A stretch of 13,189 nucleotides of DNA from Clostridia bacterium. GTDB lineage: Bacteria > Bacillota > Clostridia > Christensenellales > Aristaeellaceae. Under the pieces are notes generated by a model. That model did no database searches. It was not told where the DNA came from and was given only the letters and a program-made list of their open reading frames with translations. The position numbers were made by a program, and so were the translations under genes. Of this stretch, positions 7,448 through 13,189 are shown in pieces (the stretch's first letter is position 1; each line of letters begins with the position of its first letter). Location of the stretch: contig JAKSQG010000032.1 of NCBI GenBank assembly GCA_024404275.1, forward strand, positions 1 to 13,189, in the 5' to 3' direction.

Positions 7448-8359
7448 ATGAGCCAAACGAAGGTAATGCGAAAACTGAGCGGCGCCAGGTTTGCCGAAAA
7501 CAGCAAAGCCTGGCTGATCATGCTGCCCAGCCTGATCCTGATGCTGTTTTTTGTGTGGGAGCCGCTGTTTGAAAGCGTGCGCATGAGCCTGTACAAGACC
7601 CGCAATGTTGAGCTGGTGCGCTACATCGGCTTTGACAACTACATCAGCGTCATGGGCAAGGATGACTTTATTCAGGCCCTGCTCAACACCTTCTCGTACA
7701 CCTTCTGGTCGCTGATCATCGGCTTTCTGCTGCCGGTGGTGCTGGCCATGATCATCGGCGAGACCCGCCGCAGCAAGGGCATCTTCCGCACCATTGCCTA
7801 CCTGCCCAACATGCTGCCCGGTCTTGCGGTCATCATTCTGTGGTCCTCCTTCTTCTCTGCCGAAAAATCCGGCGTGCTCAACATTCTGCTCAGCACCATC
7901 GGTGTCTCCCCACAAACCTATCTGACCAGGGCGGAATGGGTCATTCCCATCATCATCATCATCGCCACCTGGAAGGGCGCGGGCGCCACGGCGCTCATCT
8001 ACATGGCCAGCATGGCCGGCGTCAGCCCCGAGCTGTACGAAGCGGCCGCCATCGACGGCGCCACGGTGCTGCAGCGCGTATGGCACATCCTGCTGCCCTC
8101 CATCCGCAAGCTGATGGGCACGCTGCTCATTTTGCAGATCATTTCCGTGTTCCAGATCATGTATGAGCCCATGGTTCTGACCAAGGGCGGCCCCGACAAC
8201 GCCTCCCTGTCCCTGATGCAGCTGATGTGGCAGTACGCCTTCGGCGGCAGCATGAACTACGGCAAGGCCTCCGCCGTGGCGGTCATCGTCACCGGCATCC
8301 TGCTGGTCATGACGCTCATTCATTCCTACTTTGACCGCAAAGAATCCAGTTGGGACTGA
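7448..8359 (+). CDS. Carbohydrate ABC transporter permease (MalF/UgpA-like, CUT1)
   Basis: GGAGG (7436-7440) lies 7 nt before ATG 7448. ATG 7442 is an alternative start, and the track's GTG 7391 sits inside the hairpin. The EAA loop is YEAAAIDGATVLQRVWHILLPSIRK, and there are multiple TM helices. Confidence 0.9.
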   Translation: MSQTKVMRKLSGARFAENSKAWLIMLPSLILMLFFVWEPLFESVRMSLYKTRNVELVRYIGFDNYISVMGKDDFIQALLNTFSYTFWSLIIGFLLPVVLAMIIGETRRSKGIFRTIAYLPNMLPGLAVIILWSSFFSAEKSGVLNILLSTIGVSPQTYLTRAEWVIPIIIIIATWKGAGATALIYMASMAGVSPELYEAAAIDGATVLQRVWHILLPSIRKLMGTLLILQIISVFQIMYEPMVLTKGGPDNASLSLMQLMWQYAFGGSMNYGKASAVAVIVTGILLVMTLIHSYFDRKESSWD

Positions 8360-8375
8360 GAAAGGAGCAATGCAT

Positions 8376-9245
8376 ATGAAAAAGGTTCAGCGCACCGGCG
8401 TGATCCGCGAATACGACCTGCATTCCCGCTCCGTCAAGGTCCTGTACGGCTTTGTGCTCTTTCTGTGCCTGGTCATGACGGTCATCGCCCTCTTCCCCCT
8501 CATCTGGGTGTGTCTGGCGGGCTTCAAGGACTTAAAGGAGTTTGTTTCCAGCACCTCTCTGCTGCCCTCTGACTTCAATTTCGGCATGTTCACCACCACG
8601 TGGGATCAATTGGGCATTGCCAAGAACTATCTCAACTCGCTGTTTTCCGTCGCCGGCAGCGTGGTATGCGCCATCGTGTTCAACGGTCTGCTGGGCTACG
8701 GTCTGGGCATCTTAAAGCCCAAGGGCTACGGCGTGGTCAAAAAGCTGGTCATGCTGTCGCTGCTGCTGCCCACCACCATCAGCATCGTTCCCCTGTTTAT
8801 GAACATTCAAAAGCTGGGGCTTGGCAACTCCTTCCTGCCGCTGTGGCTGTCCTTTGGCGCCAACGCCATGTATGTGGTGCTGTTCATCCAGTTCTTTGAG
8901 TCGCTGCCCCATTCCATCATCGAAGCCGCGCGCATCGACGGTGCCAACCAGCTGCAAACCTTCTTCAGCATCGTGCTGCCCCTGTCCAAACCCATCTGCA
9001 CCGTCATTGCCATCTTTGCCGTCAACGCCGCCTGGTCCGACTTCCTGCTGCCTTATCTGGTGCTGCGCGGCGGACAGCTGCAGACGGTCATGGTGCGCCT
9101 GTTTGTGTTCTCCACCGAGCAGACCGTCAACGCCGATACCATGATGCGTTCCGTGGTCTTCTCGATGATCCCGCCCATCATTTTGTTCTTTATCTTCCAG
9201 AAGCAGCTGACCGAGAACGCTGTCTCCGTCGGCATCAAGGGCTGA
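8376..9245 (+). CDS. Carbohydrate ABC transporter permease (MalG/UgpE-like, CUT1)
   Basis: AGGAG (8363-8367) lies 8 nt before ATG 8376. The track start 8331 would overlap the upstream gene and has no RBS. The EAA loop is IEAARIDGANQLQTFFSIVLPLSKP. Confidence 0.9.
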   Translation: MKKVQRTGVIREYDLHSRSVKVLYGFVLFLCLVMTVIALFPLIWVCLAGFKDLKEFVSSTSLLPSDFNFGMFTTTWDQLGIAKNYLNSLFSVAGSVVCAIVFNGLLGYGLGILKPKGYGVVKKLVMLSLLLPTTISIVPLFMNIQKLGLGNSFLPLWLSFGANAMYVVLFIQFFESLPHSIIEAARIDGANQLQTFFSIVLPLSKPICTVIAIFAVNAAWSDFLLPYLVLRGGQLQTVMVRLFVFSTEQTVNADTMMRSVVFSMIPPIILFFIFQKQLTENAVSVGIKG

Positions 9246-9271
9246 TCCCCCATTCAACGAAAGAGGTATTT

Positions 9272-11566
9272 ATGGCAAAGGTAGCGGATATTTACTTTGC
9301 GGTCGACCCGTGGAAGATCATCGAGGATGGTTTTGATCCCGCCTATTCCCGCGTAAGCGAGTCTGTTTTCTCTTTGGGCAACGAAACGCAGGGCGTACGC
9401 GGCTGCTTTGATGAAGGCGGAAGCGTTGACAGCCTGCGCGGTGCCTACACCAACGGCGTGTTCGATATGGAGCAGCTCAGCCGCTCCTATAAAGGCATCA
9501 TTGATAAAACGCACTTCATGGTGCCCTCCGCCGAATGGCTGATGACCGAAATCGTGCTGGACAATGAAAAGCTGGATCTTGGCAAAGTCCGTTTTGAGGA
9601 TTTTACCCGCGTATTGGATATGCGCGCCGGCACGCTGACCCGCAGCTTTGTGTGGACGACCGAAAGCGGCAAGCAGCTCAAATTGACCTTCCTGCGCTTT
9701 ATGGATATGGTGCACCGTGAGCGCGCCTATCAGCGCATCACGATGGAAGCGCTCAACTTTGACGGCGAAGTCGCCTTCACGACCGGTCTTTCCTTTGACG
9801 CCGTGCATGAGGGCTACCGCAAGTGCTTCTGGCAGAATGCCCGCGTGGAAGCCGAAAGCAGCCGTATGCTGCTCAAAGCCCGCACCACCGCCTCCAATCA
9901 GGAGGAGTTTGCCGGTGCGCTGGTCTCCCTGCCCGGTGAAATCACAATCAGCAAAAATGAAAAGACCGCCGCTCTCCGCTGCAATGTGCCGCTCACCCGC
10001 GGTCAGCCCGTCAGCCTTGACAAGCGTGTAGTCGTGGTGTTTGACGGCACCGAGGGCGATGCCCTGTGGCAGAACGGTCTGACCGCTTTGGAGGCCTGCG
10101 CCGCCGTCTCGCTGGACGAAGCCATGGAGGCACAGCGGAAATATTGGGAAGCCTACTGGCAGACCTCCGATATTGATATCATTCCCGCCGGGGACGACAC
10201 CGCCGAGCTGGTCGCCGCATAGCAGCAGGGCATCCACTTCTGCTCCTTCCAGCTGGCGCAGACCTACAACGGCGGCAGCATGAAGCACAACATCGGCGCC
10301 AAAGGTCTGACAGGCGAAGCCTACAACGGTCACGCCTTTTGGGATACCGAAGCCTGCTGCCTGCCCTTCTATCTGTTCAACAATCCCGCCGCCGCCCGCG
10401 ACCTGCTGCGCTACCGCTACAACACGCTGCCCATGGCCATCGAGCGTGCCAAAATGCTGGATTGCAAGGGCGCCTGCTACCCCATCGCCACCCTGAACGG
10501 CGATGAGGCCTGTGCGCTGTGGCAGCACGCCAGCCTGCAGCTGCAGCCCTCCACCGCCGTCGCCTACGGCATCTGGCACTATGTACACCTGACCGAGGAC
10601 AAGGATTTCCTGTGGCATTACGGTGCCGAGATCCTGCTTCAGATCGCCCGCTTCATGGCCAGCCGTGTGGAAAAAAGCAGCCGCACCGGCAAGTACGGCT
10701 TCTACGGCGTCATGGGTCCCGATGAGTTCCACATGATGGTCAACAACAACGCCTACACCAACTATATGGGTCTGCGTACGCTGCAGTACGCCGCAGAAGT
10801 GATGACCGCCATGGAAAAGGAGCAGCCCGCCCTCTGCGCCGCCCTGATGGAAAAGACCGCCCTCACCAAAGAGGAGATTGCCCGCTGGCAGCACATTGCC
10901 GACAACATGTACATTCCGCAGGCCGAAAACGGCATCATCGAGCAGCATGACGGCTTCTTCGATCTGCCGCATACCGAGATCAACGACATTCCCGTCAGCG
11001 AGTTCCCGCTGTATGAGCACTGGTCTTACGACCGCATCTACCGCTCCGACATGATCAAGCAGCCCGACGTGCTGATGTTCCTGTACCTGTACAACTCCTC
11101 CTTCAGCGAGGAGATCAAGCGCATCAACTACGATTTCTATCAGGCGCGTACCATCCACGAGTCCTCCCTGTCGCCCGCCATCCACTCCATTCTGGCGGCA
11201 GAGCTGGACAAGATGGACGAAGCCGTTTCCTTCTTCGGCTACGCCACACGTTTGGATCTGGACAACTACAACCGCAATACCCGTGAAGGTCTGCACATTA
11301 CCAGCATCGCCATGGCGTGGTGCGGCATCGTGTACGGCTTTGCCGGTCTGCGCAGCGATGCCGAAAAGCTGATCTTTGCCCCGCGCCTGCCCGAGCGCTG
11401 GAGAAGCCTCACCTTCTCCGTCATGTACCGCGGCCGTGTCATCCGCCTGTGCATGGAGGCAGACAAAACAAGCTTCCGCCTCACGCAGGGTGACCCGCTG
11501 GAGGTGCTCGTCTACGGCAAGCCCGTTACACTGACCAACAAGGAACAGCTCATCCCCCGCAAATAA
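9272..11566 (+). pseudogene. Glycoside hydrolase family 65 enzyme (likely an alpha-glucoside phosphorylase), interrupted by a single in-frame TAG at 10220-10222 (pseudogene under code 11, or amber read-through)
   Basis: AGAGG RBS precedes ATG 9272. The N-terminal GH65 domain reads DPWKIIEDGFDP...FSLGNETQGVRG. The frame reads LVAA-TAG-QQGIHFCSFQLAQTY...IGAKGLTGEAYNGHAFWDTE with no frame change (9272 and 10280 are in the same phase). The catalytic-acid motif is VMGPDEFH (Glu codon 10724-10726). The phosphate-site-like motif is HESSLS (11156-11173). Total length is 764 codons, normal for GH65. Confidence 0.88.
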
Positions 11567-11577
11567 CATCACCGTTC

Positions 11578-11607
11578 GATCCGCCTGCATCCCTGCGGGC
11601 GGATTTT
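11578..11607 (+). terminator. Weak intergenic stem-loop between the two GH65 genes
   Basis: ATCCGCCTGC (11578-11587) pairs with GCGGGCGGAT (11594-11603) with one G-U pair and a 6-nt loop, followed only by TTT. It is more likely a processing or stability element or a leaky terminator than a full stop. Confidence 0.35.
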
Positions 11608-11623
11608 GACAAGGAGGACAACG

Positions 11624-13189
11624 ATGGATCAATGGAAGCTTGAACGGGAAGGATTTGACCCCGCTCATGTAGTGACCGACGGCAACCGCTTCCTGTGCGC
11701 CAACGGCTATATGGGGCTGCGCGGCGTGGTCGAGGAGGGGCAGTCCCCGGACCTGCCCGCCATCACCCTCGCCGGTGTGTATGACCGCAACGGCGATAAA
11801 TGGCGCGAGCCTGTCAACGCCCCGCAGTGCCTGTTTGTGCGGGCTGTGCTGAACGGCAAAGCGATGGCACTCCGTGAAGCCGCGCCGCTGCGCCATACCT
11901 GCGGCATCGATTATCGTCACGGTGTCTATCACCGCGATACCGATTTTGGTCCGCTGCGTCTGGAAAGCGAACGCTTTGTCTCGATGGATCAAACGCACCT
12001 GCTGGCGGACCGCATGCGCATCACCTGCACCGAGGACGGCGAGCTGGAGCTGACCTGCGGCATCTCCGCCGACATCTGGGACATCAACGGTCCGCACCTG
12101 TTTGACTTTTCCATGGAATGCGATGAAGCTTTGTCCGTCACCGCCGTCACGGGTCAGCTGGGCATCACCGTGTCCGCGGCGCAGACCGTCACGCTGGATG
12201 CTGACGCAGAGGTTCTGTACAAGCAGAATGACGCGGGTTCCTTCAAGGTGTTCCGTCTGCCCGTAAAGGCAGGGGAAACGCTTGTTTTGTCCTCCGTTGC
12301 CGCCGTTTACACCTCACTGGATACCGAGGACCCCAAAGCCGCCGCCCGTGCACTGTGCCTTGGCGAAGCCGCCCGCGGCTTTGATGCCTGCCTTGCCGCG
12401 CACACCACCGCGTGGGAAAAGGTGCATGCCCTTTCCACCATCGAAGCGGAAGGGGATGAGGCCGCCGTGCAGGGGCTCCACGCCAGTCAGTATCATCTGA
12501 ACAGCATCGCCCCGCGCCATGCGGACAGCATGTCCATCCCCGCCCGCGGACTGTCGGGACAGACCTACAAGGGCGCCATCTTCTGGGATTCGGAAATCTT
12601 CTTTTTCCCCATGTTTGTGCACACACAGCCCGAAGTCGCCCGCGCGCTGCTGCGTTACCGCATCGAAACGCTGCCCGGTGCCCTCAAGAAGGCCAAAGGC
12701 TACGAGTACCGCGGCGCCTTCTATGCCTGGGAAAGTCAGGAGGGCGGCGAAGAGGGCTGCACCGATTTCAACGTGGTGGATGTGTTCACCCACCGCCCGG
12801 TGCGCACCTATTTCCGGGATAAGCAGATCCACATCAGCGCCGACATCGCCTACGCGCTGCGCAGCTATTATGAGATCACCGGCGACCGCTCCCTTCTGCA
12901 GGAGGGCGGTGCCGCCGTCATCCTTGAGTGCGCGCGCTTCTATATCAGCCGCGCTCAGCTGCGGGCAGACAAAACCGAGGTCGACTATCCCGATGTCATC
13001 GGTCCCGATGAATATCACGAGCGCGTCACCAACAATGCCTTTACCAACCGCATGATCCGCCACTGCATGGAAAGCGCCCTGCAGCTGGAAGACATCTTTG
13101 CCGATCAGCCCGACGAATTTGCCGCGCTGCTTCAAAGCCTCGATTACGCCGAGGACTGGCAGCGCCTCAAAAACCTCTGTCCGCGCATC
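11624..13189 (+). CDS. Second, divergent glycoside hydrolase family 65 protein (3'-truncated by window edge; not in the supplied ORF track)
   Basis: AAGGAGGA (11611-18) lies 6 nt before ATG 11624. I translated 522 codons by hand to position 13189 and found no stop. The motifs seen are MDQWKLEREGFDP...NGYMGLRG (N-domain), GLSGQTYKGAIFWDSE, YAWES and IGPDEYHERVTNNAFTN (catalytic-acid motif, Glu codon 13010-13012). Confidence 0.88.
   Translation, partial: MDQWKLEREGFDPAHVVTDGNRFLCANGYMGLRGVVEEGQSPDLPAITLAGVYDRNGDKWREPVNAPQCLFVRAVLNGKAMALREAAPLRHTCGIDYRHGVYHRDTDFGPLRLESERFVSMDQTHLLADRMRITCTEDGELELTCGISADIWDINGPHLFDFSMECDEALSVTAVTGQLGITVSAAQTVTLDADAEVLYKQNDAGSFKVFRLPVKAGETLVLSSVAAVYTSLDTEDPKAAARALCLGEAARGFDACLAAHTTAWEKVHALSTIEAEGDEAAVQGLHASQYHLNSIAPRHADSMSIPARGLSGQTYKGAIFWDSEIFFFPMFVHTQPEVARALLRYRIETLPGALKKAKGYEYRGAFYAWESQEGGEEGCTDFNVVDVFTHRPVRTYFRDKQIHISADIAYALRSYYEITGDRSLLQEGGAAVILECARFYISRAQLRADKTEVDYPDVIGPDEYHERVTNNAFTNRMIRHCMESALQLEDIFADQPDEFAALLQSLDYAEDWQRLKNLCPRI

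Noticed and set aside
323-8323. Other long minus-strand ORFs: 323-1033, 1295-2269, 2227-3264, 3412-4364, 4524-5651, 5597-6766 and 7415-8323
   Set aside because: Each is antisense to a plus-strand gene with clear family motifs, and each has Gly/Ala/His/Asp/Gln-rich low-complexity translations. None has a plausible RBS. They are artefacts of stop-codon scarcity in GC-rich DNA.
4863-10222. Selenocysteine recoding or programmed frameshifting as the explanation for the interrupted genes
   Set aside because: The interrupting codons are TAG, not TGA, and no frame change is needed to restore either protein. I saw no convincing conserved stem-loop shared downstream of the two TAGs, only short 5-6 bp inverted repeats.
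9254-12097. A 947-aa ORF on the minus strand, the longest ORF in the track
   Set aside because: It lies exactly antisense to the two GH65 genes and their intergenic spacer. Its translation is low-complexity, rich in G, A, V, D, H and Q, with no recognisable motif, RBS or promoter. The plus strand encodes strongly recognisable GH65 motifs. This is a classic GC-rich shadow ORF.
12314-13135. A minus-strand 273-aa ORF, plus the plus-strand off-frame ORFs 12282-12500 and 12519-13055
   Set aside because: All overlap the open-ended GH65 reading frame (phase of 11624), which carries conserved motifs. The off-frame products are Pro/Arg/Ala-rich with no motifs.
1-13189. A search for tRNA or rRNA genes, CRISPR repeats, transposase or integrase genes, terminal inverted repeats, and toxin-antitoxin or defence genes
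   Set aside because: Nothing of the kind was recognisable. Intergenic space totals only a few hundred bases and is accounted for by terminators, promoters and RBSs.

Overview
This window is GC-rich and almost entirely coding. Every credible gene is on the + strand, and the gene content and RBS style look like a Clostridia-type Firmicute (inference only). Product calls rest on motif and family recognition by eye, since no homology search was possible.

There are three blocks:
1. Positions 1-3342 hold the 3' part of a Dpp/Opp-type peptide ABC importer: a partial permease B, permease C, and ATPases D and F joined by an ATGA overlap. The block ends in a clean rho-independent terminator.
2. Positions 3345-5808 hold a likely three-gene unit. 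It is a translationally coupled split pair of CHR (chromate ion transporter family) half-size genes, followed by an aldo/keto reductase fused to a 2x[4Fe-4S] ferredoxin-like tail, then a terminator.
3. Positions 5853-13189 hold a carbohydrate locus behind a perfect TTGACA-17-TATAAT promoter. It encodes a CUT1-type solute-binding protein, two MalF/MalG-type permeases and two tandem, divergent GH65 enzymes. The second GH65 (11624 to the window end) is open-ended and is therefore missing from the supplied ORF track.

The most notable observation is that two unrelated conserved genes, the AKR/Fe-S oxidoreductase and the first GH65, are each interrupted by exactly one in-frame TAG (4863-4865 and 10220-10222). 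Neither has a frameshift, and conserved motifs continue in frame on both sides of the TAG. None of the 11 gene ends visible in the window uses TAG (8 TGA, 3 TAA). This fits either amber (UAG) read-through or reassignment, or two independent nonsense pseudogenes or sequence errors. The window alone cannot decide between these.

No tRNA, rRNA, CRISPR array, transposase or integrase was seen. The many long minus-strand ORFs in the track are GC-driven shadow ORFs.
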